In this document: positions 1-10,935 of the stretch, in pieces
Position numbering within the stretch: position 1 is the first letter of the stretch
How the letters are laid out: the number at the start of each line of letters is the position of its first letter
NCBI GenBank assembly: GCA_038231275.1
Contig: JBBRLQ010000007.1
Span: 275,825 to 339,824, forward strand
Reading direction: 5' to 3'
Length of the DNA: 64,000 bases
DNA from: Polyangiales bacterium
Lineage (GTDB): Bacteria; Myxococcota_A; Polyangia; Polyangiales; Polyangiaceae
The notes under the pieces: model-generated
Told to the model about the DNA's origin: nothing
Seen by the model: only the letters and a program-made list of their open reading frames with translations
Databases searched by the model: none
Program-made: the position numbers and the translations under genes

Positions 1-286
1 TCTCGAGCACGGCGCGGGCGCGGCTGGGGCTGCGGCGCCACTTCTCGCCGCGCGCGTAGACATGCCACGAGCCGGTCATCTTCATGTGGGTAATGAGGAC
101 GCGATCGCCGTCGAAGCGCACGACGAGGTATTTGCCGGCGGCTTCGACGGAGACGACGCGGGTGGCGCCCGAGGCGTGGTGCGCGTCGCCGACCTGCATC
201 GGGAGCTCGAAACGAACGAGCGGCTGGCCGGCGAGGACCTGCGAGAGGCGTCGCGCGGCGCGGAAGATCGTGTCGCCTTCCGGCAT
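1..286 (-). CDS. nei: Fpg/Nei family DNA glycosylase (5' part; runs off the window edge)
   Basis: Manual translation of the minus strand from ATG 286 gives MPEGDTIFRAARRL...GKYLVV...THMKMTGSW, with the N-terminal PE catalytic motif and the GK and H-x-x-M-x-G motifs. The start overlaps the lhr stop (TGATG). Not in the ORF track. Confidence 0.9.
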   Translation of the reverse strand, partial: MPEGDTIFRAARRLSQVLAGQPLVRFELPMQVGDAHHASGATRVVSVEAAGKYLVVRFDGDRVLITHMKMTGSWHVYARGEKWRRSPSRARAVLE

Positions 287-3200
287 CAGCGCTCCTCGGC
301 GCTGCGGCTGCGCGTACGCGGCTCGATGCTGGTGGATTTGGCGCGCTTGAAGAGGGCGGTCCCCTTCTTCGTGAAGCCCGCGCGGAGGAGCGCGCCTTCG
401 AGCGGGTGGCTCGTGGCGGAACCGCCGTCGATGGTGGCGACGAGGAGCGCGCGCCGGCGTCCGCCATCGACCAGATCGGCGAGCGCGGCGGCGAGATCGG
501 CGGCAGCGATGCTCGCGAGTGGCTCGTCGGCGGGGAGGAAGGTGACGAGCTGCTCCTCGCGTTTTCCGAGGAACGCGAGGAGCGCGCCGTCGCGCAAGAC
601 GACTCGGCATCCGGCGGCGCGCTGCGGTCGACCCTTGCGATCGCCGTCGTCGTCGCCGTTTTTTTCGACGTCCTTGGTGGTGGCGCGCGAGGGCCAGCCG
701 AGGACCGCGCCGTACGGATTCGCCGGATCGGTCGCGGCGAGGACGACGACGCGTGGCGACTCGCTCGGCTCACGCGCGGCGCGGAGGCGATCGTCGGCGC
801 CGGGGAGCGCGAACTGTGTCGCGCCGCGCTCGGCGACGAAATACCCGCGTCGCACGCGGCCAGCGTCCTCCATCGCCTTCAAGACCTCGTAGACGGCGGA
901 GAAGCCACCGGCGATCCCCTCGGCGTGCGTCGCCTCGCGCATGAGGACGCCGTAGCGCTCGAGGAGGACGCGTCCCAACGTCGCGCTTCGCTCGGTGTCG
1001 CTCGGCGGGTTGCCCCAGCGCGCGCGTCGCAGCGACCAACGCCCTTCGCTGCCCGGCGGGCCCCCGCGGAACGATCGCGTCGCGTGCGCGTCGGGCCTCG
1101 CGCGCGGCCTGTCGGGGGCGCGCGCGCGGAGCCAGCTGCGGAGCGGCTCCAGCGTGTCGTTGGTGAGCTCGCCGGCCCACACCATGTCCCAGAGCGCATC
1201 GAGCGTGGCGCCGGGGAAGCCGCCCGCCTCGCGCGCGATCTCGTCCCAGAACACCGCGCCGCGCCGCTCGAGGACGGCGCGGATCCGTGCGTGGACCTCG
1301 CCCTCCACCGCAACGGGCGGCGCGGCGAGGAGGGGCTCGTGCTCGGCGAGAAAGAGCGCGATGCGACCGTCGCTCGGACCGAGCGCTTCGACGCCTGCCC
1401 ACACGACTTGGCCGCGCGCGCAGAGCAAATCGAGATCCCACGGACGGAAGCCGTCGACGCGCGCGGGGAGCACCTCGTCCTCGAGCACCGACGCCGGGAC
1501 CGGGCACCCCTGTAGCTGCCCGACCGCGGAGGCGAGCGCGTCGTGACCCCTCAACCGTTGGGTGACGTGGCTCCAGTCGAGGAGGAATCGCGTGAACGCC
1601 GCGGCGTCGACCGGCTCGACCTCACGACGCAGGCGCGCGAGCGATTTGCGGCGGAGGACGCGCAGCACTTCGGCGTCGCAGTACTCCGTGCCGACGCCGC
1701 CCCGGAGGAACGCGCCGGTCACGATGCGCCCGGCCTTCGTCGCGCGGTCGAGCGCGCCCTGGACGACCGCGGGCGCGAGGCCAAGGCGGCGCGTGACATC
1801 CGCGGCCACGAATGGGCCGTGCGTGCGGGCGAATCGATGGACGAGGTCGCCGATCGGATCGGCAACCCGCGTGAGGTACGCGTCGGGCACGCCGCGCGGG
1901 GGCGCGATGCCGAGCGCGTCACGGAAGCGCCCGACGTCCTCGACGGCGATCACGCGCTTCTCCCCGGCGACGCGCACCTCGACCACCCGGCGCGCCGTCG
2001 CCAGTGCCTCCAGCCAGTCCTTCGCGGCGGTCGGTGGATCGCAGCGCGCGCGGAGCTCCGCGGCCGAGAGATCGCCGACGAAGAGGAGCGTGTCGTGGAG
2101 CGCGTCGGCGTGCCGCGCGCGGTGGGTCAGGCGCTGGAGCATCTCCTCGTGCTCCGCCATCGCCGCGGGCTCGAGGAGCTGTCGGAGCTCGGACTCGCCG
2201 AGCAGCTCGCGCAGCTGCGCGTGATCGATGCTGAGCGCTTGCACGCGCCGTTCGGCCAGCGGCGCGTCGCCGTCGTAGATGAAGTTGCCGACGAACGCGA
2301 AGAGGAGCGACGCGGCGAACGGCGACGGCTTCTTGGCGTGCACCGTCGTGACGTGGATCTTTCGCGACTCGACGCCGCGCAGGATCTCGACGAGGCCCGA
2401 CAGATCGAACACGTCGCGCAGGCACTCGCGGTACGTCTCGAGGAGGATCGGAAACTCCGGGTGCTGCGACGCGACGGCGAGGAGATCTTGGGCGCGCTTC
2501 CTCTGCGCCCACAGCGGGGTGCGCTTGTCAGGGGTGCGGCGCGGCAAGAGGAGCGCGCGGCCCGCGCACTCGCGGAATCGTCCGGCGAAGAGAGACGTGC
2601 CCGACAGCTCCTCGGTGGCGATGCGCTCGACGTCGCTCGACGCGGGGAAAAAAGCGTCCCACGCGGGCGGCTCGTCGGCCTCGGGGACGCGGAAGACCAT
2701 CCCGTCGTCCGACCACACCGTCTCGATCTCCCCAGGAAAGCGCACGCGCAGCGCGGCGGCGACGGCGGTGGCCCACGGCGCGTGAACGCGCGCGCCGAAC
2801 GGGGTCATGACGCACACCCGCCAGTCGCCGAGCTCGTCGGTGAAGCGCTCTACGACGATCGTTCGATCGGACGGCACCTCGCCGTTCGCGGCCATCTCCT
2901 CGTGCACGTAGTCGACGAGGTTCTGCGCGGCGTTCTCGTCGAGCGCGTGACGCTCCATGAGGAGCGTGCGCGCCGCGGCCGGCTTCAGGTGCGCGACCTT
3001 GCGCGTGAGCTCGCCGATGCGGGCGCCGAACGCGCGTGGGCGGCCGGGGCGATCGCCGTGCCAGAAGGGCATTTTCCCCGGCACACCCGCGGCGGGCGTG
3101 ACGATGACGCGATCGCGTGTGATCTCCTCCGCGCGCCACGACGACGCGCCGAGCAAAAATACGTCTCCCTCCCGCATCTCGAAGACCATCTCTTCGTCGA

Positions 3201-4869
3201 GCTCGCCGACGCGACGGCTCGTCTTCCCGCGGGCGCCCGGCGCGTCGCCGCCCGGCAAGAAGACGCCGAAGAGCCCGCGATCGGGGATGGTGCCGGCGTT
3301 GAGGAGCGCGAGCTTCGACGCCCCCTGGCGCGCCGACACCACGCCGCGCACGCGGTCCCACGTGAGGCGCGGACGCAGCTCGGCGAACGCGTCGGACGGA
3401 TAGCGGCCGCTCAGCATGTCGAGCACACCCTCGAACGCGCCGCGCGGCAACTCGGCGAACGGCGCCGCGCGGCGCACCAGATCGTACAGAGCGTCGACGT
3501 CCATGCTCCCCACCACGCACGTCGCGACGAGCTGCTGCGCGAGGACGTCGAGCGGATTGCGCGGGTAATACGTCTCTTCCACGGCGCCTTCGGCCATCGC
3601 CCCCGACGCGGCCGCGCACGCGAGCAGATCGGCGCGGTGCTTCGGGAAGATGACGCCGCGCGAGGTCTCGCCGACGCCGTGCCCCGCGCGCCCGAGCCGC
3701 TGGAGCCCCGACGCGACGCTCGGCGGCGCCTCCACTTGGAGGACCAGATCGACCGCGCCCATGTCGATCCCGAGCTCGAGCGACGACGTGGCGACGATCG
3801 CCGGCAAGTCGCCGCGCTTCAGGCGATCTTCGATCGCCGCGCGCTTCTCTCGCGCGACCGAGCCATGGTGGGCGAGCGCGATCTCCTCGCCGGCGAGCTC
3901 GTTCAGCGCGCCGGCGAGGCGCTCGGCGAGGCGGCGGCTGTTGACGAAGATCATCGTCGACCGATGCTTGCGTACGAGCTCGACGACGCGCTCGTGCACG
4001 AAGGGCCAGACCGATCCGTGCCCCGTCCCGCCGCCGCCCGACGCGGCGCCGGACGGGACCTCGGCCTCGTCGAGGTGACCGAGGTCGACCTTCGGCACTT
4101 CGATCGTCAGCTCGAACTTCTTCTTCTCGCCGGCGTCGACGATCGTGACGGGACGCGGCGTGCCGTTCGAGAAGCCTCCGAGCAGGCGCGCGACCTCGTC
4201 GAGGGGGCGCTGCGTGGCCGACAGCCCGATCCGCTGGAGCGGCTTGGTTCCCGGCGTCGCTGCGCGCAACTCCTCGAGGCGCTCGAGGGACAAGAAGAGG
4301 TGTGCGCCGCGCTTGCTCGCCACCATCTGGTGGATCTCGTCGACGATGACCGTGTCGATCGACGCCAGGATCTCGCGCGCACCGCTCGTGAGGATCAAGT
4401 AGAGCGACTCCGGCGTCGTGATCAGGATGTCGGGCGGCGTACGCAGCATCCGCGCGCGCTCGACCTGCGGCGTGTCCCCGGTGCGGACGACCGCGGTCGG
4501 CACCCGCACCGCGGCGGCGCCCTTCGCCAGCTGCGCCTCCCGTACGACACCGGCGAGCGGCGCGCGCAGGTTCTTCTCGATGTCGACCGCGAGCGCCTTG
4601 AGCGGCGAGACGTAGAGGACCTTGCAGCGCGCCTTCTTCTCCGGCTCCGCCGACCACACCAGGCGATCGATCGCCGAGAGGAACGCCGCGAGCGTCTTGC
4701 CGGAGCCGGTCGGCGCGAGGATGAGCGCAGACTCTCCGCGCGAGATCGGCTCCCAGCCCAAGACCTGCGAGCGCGTCGGCTCACCCAGCGCCGAGCGGAA
4801 CCAGGTCCGAACGGGCGCGTGAAAGCGCTCGAGCGCGCGTTGGGGGGCTTGCCGCATGAGGGCCATCAT
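286..4869 (-). CDS. lhr: Lhr-family DEAD/DEAH-box ATP-dependent helicase, full-length with C-terminal domain
   Basis: APTGSGKT, TTPESL, DEIH, LSAT, HHGS, TSSLELGID and QRLGRAGH motifs; C-terminal ATDPANPYG and RRGYFV segments; about 1530 aa. Start uncertain (4869 or 4857). Confidence 0.93.
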   Translation of the reverse strand: MMALMRQAPQRALERFHAPVRTWFRSALGEPTRSQVLGWEPISRGESALILAPTGSGKTLAAFLSAIDRLVWSAEPEKKARCKVLYVSPLKALAVDIEKNLRAPLAGVVREAQLAKGAAAVRVPTAVVRTGDTPQVERARMLRTPPDILITTPESLYLILTSGAREILASIDTVIVDEIHQMVASKRGAHLFLSLERLEELRAATPGTKPLQRIGLSATQRPLDEVARLLGGFSNGTPRPVTIVDAGEKKKFELTIEVPKVDLGHLDEAEVPSGAASGGGGTGHGSVWPFVHERVVELVRKHRSTMIFVNSRRLAERLAGALNELAGEEIALAHHGSVAREKRAAIEDRLKRGDLPAIVATSSLELGIDMGAVDLVLQVEAPPSVASGLQRLGRAGHGVGETSRGVIFPKHRADLLACAAASGAMAEGAVEETYYPRNPLDVLAQQLVATCVVGSMDVDALYDLVRRAAPFAELPRGAFEGVLDMLSGRYPSDAFAELRPRLTWDRVRGVVSARQGASKLALLNAGTIPDRGLFGVFLPGGDAPGARGKTSRRVGELDEEMVFEMREGDVFLLGASSWRAEEITRDRVIVTPAAGVPGKMPFWHGDRPGRPRAFGARIGELTRKVAHLKPAAARTLLMERHALDENAAQNLVDYVHEEMAANGEVPSDRTIVVERFTDELGDWRVCVMTPFGARVHAPWATAVAAALRVRFPGEIETVWSDDGMVFRVPEADEPPAWDAFFPASSDVERIATEELSGTSLFAGRFRECAGRALLLPRRTPDKRTPLWAQRKRAQDLLAVASQHPEFPILLETYRECLRDVFDLSGLVEILRGVESRKIHVTTVHAKKPSPFAASLLFAFVGNFIYDGDAPLAERRVQALSIDHAQLRELLGESELRQLLEPAAMAEHEEMLQRLTHRARHADALHDTLLFVGDLSAAELRARCDPPTAAKDWLEALATARRVVEVRVAGEKRVIAVEDVGRFRDALGIAPPRGVPDAYLTRVADPIGDLVHRFARTHGPFVAADVTRRLGLAPAVVQGALDRATKAGRIVTGAFLRGGVGTEYCDAEVLRVLRRKSLARLRREVEPVDAAAFTRFLLDWSHVTQRLRGHDALASAVGQLQGCPVPASVLEDEVLPARVDGFRPWDLDLLCARGQVVWAGVEALGPSDGRIALFLAEHEPLLAAPPVAVEGEVHARIRAVLERRGAVFWDEIAREAGGFPGATLDALWDMVWAGELTNDTLEPLRSWLRARAPDRPRARPDAHATRSFRGGPPGSEGRWSLRRARWGNPPSDTERSATLGRVLLERYGVLMREATHAEGIAGGFSAVYEVLKAMEDAGRVRRGYFVAERGATQFALPGADDRLRAAREPSESPRVVVLAATDPANPYGAVLGWPSRATTKDVEKNGDDDGDRKGRPQRAAGCRVVLRDGALLAFLGKREEQLVTFLPADEPLASIAAADLAAALADLVDGGRRRALLVATIDGGSATSHPLEGALLRAGFTKKGTALFKRAKSTSIEPRTRSRSAEER

Positions 4870-4939
4870 CTTTGCGCCGTTCGGGTCGCCGCGCCACAAG
4901 GACCCGCGCGCCGCGGCGGTGTGCTAACGCCAGAAGGAC

Positions 4940-5872
4940 ATGTTCCGCGCGCTCTTTTTCGGCACCCCAGCGTTCGCCGTTCCCTGCCTCGATGCCCTCA
5001 CGCGCATCGCAGAGGTGCGCGGCGTCGTCTGCCAGCCCGATCGTCCGCAAGGTCGCGGCCTCACGCTCGCGGCGCCGCCGGTCAAGGCCCGCGCGCTCGA
5101 GCTCGGCCTCCCCGTGGTTCAGCCGACGAAGCTTCGCACGGGCGAGTTCGGGCAATGGGTGAAGGCCCAATCCGTCGACGTCGCGCTCGTGGTCGCGTAC
5201 GGCCGAATCCTTCCCGCGGACGTCCTCGCTGCGCCGCGCCTGGGGTGCGTCAACGTCCATGCGTCGCTCTTGCCAAAATACCGCGGTGCCGCGCCGATCA
5301 CATGGGCCATCGTCCGCGGCGAGACGGAGAGCGGCGTGACGTTGATGCAGATGGACGCCGGCATGGACACCGGCGACATGCTCGAGCAGAGCAAGCTCGC
5401 GATCGGGACCGACGAGACCGCCGCCGAGCTCTCACTCCGCCTCGCGACCCTCGGCGCCGACCTCGTCACGCGCGGCCTGCCGAAGTTCGTCGCCGGCGGC
5501 TACGCGCCGGTGAAGCAAGAGGAGGCGCGCGCGACGATGGCCCCCATCCTCGACAAGCAAGACGGGCGCGTGCCGTTCGATTCGAAGGCGCAGGCCGTCC
5601 ACGATCACGTGCGGGGAATGACGCCGTGGCCGGGCGCGTTCGTGCGGTTCCGCGGCAAAACCCTGAAGATCATCGCGACCAGGGTCGCTGGCTTCTCGCG
5701 CGCCGCCGCGCCGGGCACCGTCGTACTCGCGGACAAAACCGGCGTCTTCGTCGCGTGCGCCGGGGGTACCGTCGAGCTCGTGACCGTGCAGCCCGAGGGC
5801 AAGAAGCCCATCCGGGGCGCCGAGTGGGTGATGGGGCGCGGCGTCGCCGAGGGCGACGTCCTCAGCGAATGA
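4940..5872 (+). CDS. fmt: methionyl-tRNA formyltransferase
   Basis: FFGTPAFA, QPDRPQGRG, VVAYGRIL, NVHASLLPKYRGAAPI and MDAGMDTGD motifs. Confidence 0.96.
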   Translation: MFRALFFGTPAFAVPCLDALTRIAEVRGVVCQPDRPQGRGLTLAAPPVKARALELGLPVVQPTKLRTGEFGQWVKAQSVDVALVVAYGRILPADVLAAPRLGCVNVHASLLPKYRGAAPITWAIVRGETESGVTLMQMDAGMDTGDMLEQSKLAIGTDETAAELSLRLATLGADLVTRGLPKFVAGGYAPVKQEEARATMAPILDKQDGRVPFDSKAQAVHDHVRGMTPWPGAFVRFRGKTLKIIATRVAGFSRAAAPGTVVLADKTGVFVACAGGTVELVTVQPEGKKPIRGAEWVMGRGVAEGDVLSE

Positions 5873-5974
5873 GGGAGGCGAGCGCCGCAATCGCCGCGGC
5901 GATGCTGACGCAGATGGCGACCTGCGCGCGGGCATAGCGGGGGCCGTGCGGTCACGACGCGCCGTGAGTCCCGC

Positions 5975-6787
5975 TCAGTTACCGACCTCGATCGGGAGCT
6001 TCGGCGCCGAGATCTCGTGATCGACGCCTTCGAGCACCCCGACGAGCGGCATCACCACGCGAATCGTGTACTTGCCCTTGGGCAGCGGCCCGCCCGCGGT
6101 GCGCGGGTAGCCCTTCTCGGGCGGCGTCCCGCGCACCTTTTCGGGTGCCCACTTCATCTTCACCGCATCCCAGCCGAGGCGCAGGCGCGCGCTCCCGTTC
6201 GGCGCGATCGTGATGCGCGCACCCTTCGGCTCCCCGGCCGTCCGCGGCGCCGCGCCCTTCGGCAACGGCGGCGGGTTGCCGGCGGGCATGTCCACGCGCT
6301 TGTTCTTGGCGTCGTACGTCTCCACCTCGAAGCGCGGCGTCGGATCGATCATGAACGTGAGAGGCAGCGGCTCTTTGCCCTTGTTGGTGAGCGACAGAAA
6401 AAGATCGGCGTGCTGCCCCGGGGCGACCTTGGCCGCGCTCGCCGTGAGCTTCACCTCGAGGCGATCCTTGGGGTCGAGCGCCTTGTCGTCCAGCTTCGGA
6501 AGGACCGACTCGCAGCTGACCTTGTTCAGGGTCTCCTCGAGGTTCCCCATCTCGAAGCCGGTGCACTCGTCCTTCTTCGGCGCGTCCTTGGCCTCGGTGC
6601 CGTCGCCCGCCGGCTTGGCGTCGCCGGACGTCTTGTCCTTGTCCTTGTCCTTGTCCTTGTCTTCGTCTTTCTTCGGGCTCGCCTCCGTCGTGTCGATCGA
6701 ATCGGCGGCCTGCGCGGGCTTCTTCGACCCGCACCCGGCGAACGCCAGAAGAGAGAAGCAGAGGATCGCGTGGGAACGTGACGTCAT
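5975..6787 (-). CDS. hypothetical lipoprotein with a KD-repeat linker
   Basis: Lipobox LAFAGC; DKDKDKDKDK linker; GC3-biased frame. Confidence 0.75.
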   Translation of the reverse strand: MTSRSHAILCFSLLAFAGCGSKKPAQAADSIDTTEASPKKDEDKDKDKDKDKTSGDAKPAGDGTEAKDAPKKDECTGFEMGNLEETLNKVSCESVLPKLDDKALDPKDRLEVKLTASAAKVAPGQHADLFLSLTNKGKEPLPLTFMIDPTPRFEVETYDAKNKRVDMPAGNPPPLPKGAAPRTAGEPKGARITIAPNGSARLRLGWDAVKMKWAPEKVRGTPPEKGYPRTAGGPLPKGKYTIRVVMPLVGVLEGVDHEISAPKLPIEVGN

Positions 6788-6817
6788 GGCAAGGATCTCC
6801 TGGGCGTCAGTATCGCA

Positions 6818-7129
6818 TCATTCGATGCAGGCTTCCCAATCGTTGGGGGTGGGCGCCGCCATCGCGCAGTCGTACTCCGTGCGCGACACGTCGCTCTCGC
6901 ACTGGACGAGGGCGCTCGTGTAGCTCGCCTCGAGGTGCTTCTGCACGCGTTTGGCGGCGTGGAGGTCGGCGGCGCGGTCTCCGTCGAGCCCGGCGAAGGC
7001 GGGGTCCTGGCCGGCGGTCATGTCGACGTACCGATCGAGCATGCGCCCGCACTCTTCTATGGATGGTCGCTTCTTGCACCCGGGCGCGACCATGAGGACC
7101 AGCGCGGCGAACGTGGCGAAGCGCCTCAT
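6818..7129 (-). CDS. small Cys-containing lipoprotein
   Basis: Signal peptide with VAPGC lipobox and four further Cys; start overlaps the upstream stop (ATGA). Confidence 0.75.
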   Translation of the reverse strand: MRRFATFAALVLMVAPGCKKRPSIEECGRMLDRYVDMTAGQDPAFAGLDGDRAADLHAAKRVQKHLEASYTSALVQCESDVSRTEYDCAMAAPTPNDWEACIE

Positions 7130-7740
7130 CGCTTCGGCGTGAACGGCGCAAAGGCGAAGGCGTACTGCATCGCGAGCAGCCGCTTGCCGCGCACGGTGAC
7201 CGCGCCGTCGACAATCGCGTCCTCGGGGGCCAGGCTCCCGTCGACGAGGCGGAGGAAGGTCTCCGCGGTGGCCTCGAGCACGACATCGGGATCCTCCGGA
7301 TCGATCGGCTTCTTCGCCGCCGCACCCGACGCCGCGACGATCCGCACGCGCTCTCCGTCGAGATCGACGAGCGCGAGCTCCGCCTTCGCCGACACCATCG
7401 CGAGGCGCTTCAAGAGGCGAGGATCGGAGATCGCGACGACGTCCTTGGGCAGTGACCGCGGCGCGAGCTTCTTCGGGCCCATCCAGTCGTCGAGGAACAG
7501 CTGCGCGTGCGCCTCCGAGACGGAGACCCAGAAGTCCGGTTTGTCCGCCGCCCCCTCCGTCACGACGAGGACGTCCCCGCGGATGTCGAAGGTGTAGCTC
7601 CCGTGGCCGGTCACCTCCTGGACGGCGACGAAGCGCTCGTTGCCGGCGCTCTTCGGGACCATCTGCGCGTGCGCCTTCGGCAGGACCTCCATGAAGAGCG
7701 ATTCGAGCGTGGTGCCGGGAGGGACCTCGAGCGGAAACAT
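7126..7740 (-). CDS. SCP2 sterol-binding domain-like protein
   Basis: MFPLEVPP start; C-terminal [35 protein letters not shown] matches the SCP2 pattern. Confidence 0.7.
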   Translation of the reverse strand: MFPLEVPPGTTLESLFMEVLPKAHAQMVPKSAGNERFVAVQEVTGHGSYTFDIRGDVLVVTEGAADKPDFWVSVSEAHAQLFLDDWMGPKKLAPRSLPKDVVAISDPRLLKRLAMVSAKAELALVDLDGERVRIVAASGAAAKKPIDPEDPDVVLEATAETFLRLVDGSLAPEDAIVDGAVTVRGKRLLAMQYAFAFAPFTPKR

Positions 7741-7821
7741 GGGCGCCGAGAGGGTAGCACCAATACAGGCGCGCCTTCCTCGGTGTACATTCGACCCGTC
7801 CGCACCTCCCGAGGAGCCCCC

Positions 7822-8964
7822 ATGCGCGTGATGAACTTCAACGCCGGTCCCGCCACCCTCCCGCTGCCCGCCCTCGAGCGCGCGCGCGACGAGATGCTCG
7901 ACTTCGCCGGCTCCGGGATGAGCGTCATGGAGCACAGCCACCGCGGCAAGGAGTACGAGGCCGTGCACCACGAAGCCGGCGCGCTCTTGCGAGAGCTCCT
8001 GGGCATCCCGGCGACCTTCGACGTCCTCTTCCTCCAGGGCGGCGCGTCGATGCAGTTCGCGCAGATCCCGATGAACTTTCTCGGCAAGGGCCAGGTCGGC
8101 GAGTACGTCGTCAACGGCACGTGGGGCGAGAAGGCGGTCGGCGAGGGGAAGATCACCGCCGCGCTGCTGGGCGGCGAGGTGCATGTCGCGGCGACCACCG
8201 GCACCGGCGACGGCAAGGAGAAGAGCTACGCGCGGGCCAACAAGCAATCGGAGCTGTCCTTCGCGAAGCCCGACGCCGGCAAGACGGCATATTTGCACTA
8301 TACAAGCAACGAGACGATCCACGGGATCGGCTACGGCACCCATGCCGACGTCCCGCTCCTCTCCGCGCCCGCCGGCGTCCCGCTCGTGTGCGACATGTCG
8401 AGCGACTTCTTGTGGAAGAAGGTCGACGTCTCTCCGTACGCCTTCATCTATGCCGGCGCGCAGAAGAACATCGGGCCGAGCGGCGTGATCGTCGTCCTCG
8501 CGCAGAAGGACTTCGTCGCGAGCGGGCGGAAGGACATCCCCAAGATCTTCCAGTACCGCACCGCCGCCGAGAACGACTCGCTCTACAACACGCCGCCGAC
8601 CTTCGGCATCTACCTGATGCGCAACGTGCTCGCGTGGGTGAAGGAGAAGGGGGGCCTCGCGGCGGTCGAGGCGACGAACCGCGCGAAGGCGAAGGCGCTC
8701 TACGGCGCGATCGACGAATCGGTCGGGTTTTACCGTGGGCCCGTCGAGGCGAGTAGCCGCTCGGTGATGAACGTCGTCTTCCGCTTGCCGTCCGAAGCTC
8801 TCGAGGAGAAGTTCGTCGCGGATGCCAAGAAGGCCAAGATGGTCGGCATCAAGGGGCACCGCTCGGTCGGCGGCATCCGCGTCTCCACCTACAACGCCGT
8901 CCCGCTCGAGTGGGTGAACGCGCTCGCGGACTTCATGAAGCAGTTCGCGAAGGAGAACGGGTGA
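7822..8964 (+). CDS. serC: phosphoserine aminotransferase
   Basis: [48 protein letters not shown] and GHRSVGGIR motifs; GAGGAG RBS. Confidence 0.97.
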   Translation: MRVMNFNAGPATLPLPALERARDEMLDFAGSGMSVMEHSHRGKEYEAVHHEAGALLRELLGIPATFDVLFLQGGASMQFAQIPMNFLGKGQVGEYVVNGTWGEKAVGEGKITAALLGGEVHVAATTGTGDGKEKSYARANKQSELSFAKPDAGKTAYLHYTSNETIHGIGYGTHADVPLLSAPAGVPLVCDMSSDFLWKKVDVSPYAFIYAGAQKNIGPSGVIVVLAQKDFVASGRKDIPKIFQYRTAAENDSLYNTPPTFGIYLMRNVLAWVKEKGGLAAVEATNRAKAKALYGAIDESVGFYRGPVEASSRSVMNVVFRLPSEALEEKFVADAKKAKMVGIKGHRSVGGIRVSTYNAVPLEWVNALADFMKQFAKENG

Positions 8965-10577
8965 CGCCCGTGAGCCACAAAGTCCTCGTGAGCGACGCGT
9001 TGAGCGAGGGCGGCCTCGCTGCGCTGCATGCCGCGCCGGGCCTCGACGTCGAGTACGCGCCGGGATTGAAGGAGGACGAGCTCGCCGCCCGCATCGGCGC
9101 CTTCGATGCGCTCGTCATCCGAAGCGGGTCGAAGGTGACTGCCAAGGTGCTCGAGAAGGCCGACCGCCTCCGCGTCATCGGTCGCGCGGGCATCGGCGTC
9201 GACAACGTGGACGTGAAGGCCGCCAGCAAGCGCGGCATCGTCGTCATGAACACGCCGACCGGCAACGCCATCACCACCGCCGAGCACGCGCTGTCGCTCC
9301 TCTTCAGCCTCGCCCGCAAGGTCCCGCAGGCGACCGCGTCGATGAAGGCCGGAAAGTGGGAGAAGTCGAAGTTCTCCGGGCGCGAGCTCACCGGCAAGAC
9401 GCTCGGCGTGCTCGGCCTCGGCACGATCGGCCGAATCGTCGCCGATCGCGCGAAGGGCTTGCGCATGAACGTGGTCGGCTACGATCCGGTCCTCTCGGCC
9501 GAGCGCGCGCAGAGCCTCGGCGTGGAGCTGGTCAGCAAAGACGAGCTCTTCACGCGCGCCGACGCGATCACCGCGCACACGCCGCTGACCAAGGAGACGA
9601 CCGGCCTCGTGGACGACGCGGCGATCGCGAAGATGAAGAAGGGCGTGCTCCTCGTGAACTGCGCGCGCGGCGGCGTGTACGACGAGGGGGCCCTCCAGCG
9701 CGGCCTAGAGAGCGGGAAGATCGGCGGCGTCGCGCTCGATGTCTTCGCGAAGGAGCCGATCGCTCCCGATCACCCGCTGCTCGGCCGCGACGACGTGATC
9801 GTGACGCCGCACCTCGGCGCGTCGACGGAAGAGGCGCAAGAGCGCGTCGTCCTCGAGATCATCGCGCAGGTCGCCGCGTACCTCGCCGATGGAACCATCA
9901 CCAACGCGGTCAACGTGCCGAGCCTCTCGCGTGAGGCGGCGTCGCGCCTGGGCCCGTACCTCGTGCTCGCGCGCAAGCTCGGCGAGTTCATCGCGCAGGT
10001 CGAGGGCATTCACCCGGCGCAGATCGAACTCGAGTGCGTCGGCGAGCCCGCGCAGCTCGGCGCGCGCCCGATCCTCCACGCGGCGGTCGCCGGAATGCTC
10101 GCGCGGTTCCTCGATCACCCGGTGAACGACGTGAGCGCGCCGGCCGTCGCCGCCGATCGCGGCGTGTCTTTGCGCGAGGTGGTCGGCACGCGCAAGACCG
10201 ACGCGAGCGTCCTCGTCGTTCGCGCGCGCAGCGAAGACGGCCGCGCGATGGCCGCCGAGGGTGCGCTCGATCCCGACGGCGGACCGCGCCTCCACCGCTG
10301 GGGGGACTACGAGATCAACGCCGAGCTCGCCGGTCACGCGATCGTGCTCTTCAACGACGACAAGCCCGGCGTCATCGGTGCGGTGGGCACGCTGCTCGGG
10401 CAGCGCGGAATCAACGTCGTGCAGGTGCACATGGGCCACTCCCGCGTCACGAAGAACTCGGTCAGCGTATGGACGGTCGACGGACCTACATCGGACGAGG
10501 TCCTCGCCGAGATCGAGAAGGCGCCGAACGTCACCCGCGCCGTGCGCGTCGAGCTGTCGGTCGCCGCCGCGACCTGA
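8961..10577 (+). CDS. serA: D-3-phosphoglycerate dehydrogenase (long form with C-terminal ACT domain)
   Basis: [31 protein letters not shown] and NDDKPGVIG motifs; overlaps the serC stop. Confidence 0.96.
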   Translation: MTPVSHKVLVSDALSEGGLAALHAAPGLDVEYAPGLKEDELAARIGAFDALVIRSGSKVTAKVLEKADRLRVIGRAGIGVDNVDVKAASKRGIVVMNTPTGNAITTAEHALSLLFSLARKVPQATASMKAGKWEKSKFSGRELTGKTLGVLGLGTIGRIVADRAKGLRMNVVGYDPVLSAERAQSLGVELVSKDELFTRADAITAHTPLTKETTGLVDDAAIAKMKKGVLLVNCARGGVYDEGALQRGLESGKIGGVALDVFAKEPIAPDHPLLGRDDVIVTPHLGASTEEAQERVVLEIIAQVAAYLADGTITNAVNVPSLSREAASRLGPYLVLARKLGEFIAQVEGIHPAQIELECVGEPAQLGARPILHAAVAGMLARFLDHPVNDVSAPAVAADRGVSLREVVGTRKTDASVLVVRARSEDGRAMAAEGALDPDGGPRLHRWGDYEINAELAGHAIVLFNDDKPGVIGAVGTLLGQRGINVVQVHMGHSRVTKNSVSVWTVDGPTSDEVLAEIEKAPNVTRAVRVELSVAAAT

Positions 10578-10658
10578 GCCACGACCCCGTCGCATCGCGG
10601 CATCGTTGCGCTGGCCTAAAGGTTCGTCGCGGCGCGCCGTTTCATGCAGAAGCGCCCC

Positions 10659-10904
10659 ATGAGCCTCGTCAGCCACACATGCGTCGACTGCGGTCAGCGC
10701 TCCGCGCCCTCGGACTCCAGCTATTCGCTGATTGGCGCAGGGGGATGGCGCCTCGTGCGGGCGGCGGGCGTCAACGGGACGCGGGTCTGCAACTGGCGAT
10801 GTCCGGAGTGCTGGATGACTCACAAGCAGCAAACGGGCGCCAAGACTCTGATCAACGTGCCGGTGGCGGAGGTTGCGCCACGAACGCGCGCGGGAGGTCG
10901 CTGA
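10659..10904 (+). CDS. small zinc-ribbon protein (CxxC...CxxC)
   Basis: HTCVDCG...GGW...WRCPECW; fills the gap between serA and a convergent gene. Confidence 0.65.
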   Translation: MSLVSHTCVDCGQRSAPSDSSYSLIGAGGWRLVRAAGVNGTRVCNWRCPECWMTHKQQTGAKTLINVPVAEVAPRTRAGGR

Positions 10905-10935
10905 GGCCTCCGTGGCCAGCAATTCAGCCCATGCC

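Noticed and set aside
286-4869. Lhr helicase as an anti-phage defence system
   Set aside because: The context (nei, fmt) is DNA repair and housekeeping, with no defence-type partner genes.
1543-5937. Very long antisense or alternative-frame ORFs (e.g. 1543-5937, 24665-27334, 51406-53718, and the upstream extensions of 13869-18779 and 13761-17843)
   Set aside because: Shadow ORFs caused by stop-codon scarcity in high-GC DNA. They overlap motif-bearing genes and lack motifs of their own.
6624-6670. (GTCCTT)n repeat
   Set aside because: In-frame KD linker of a lipoprotein.
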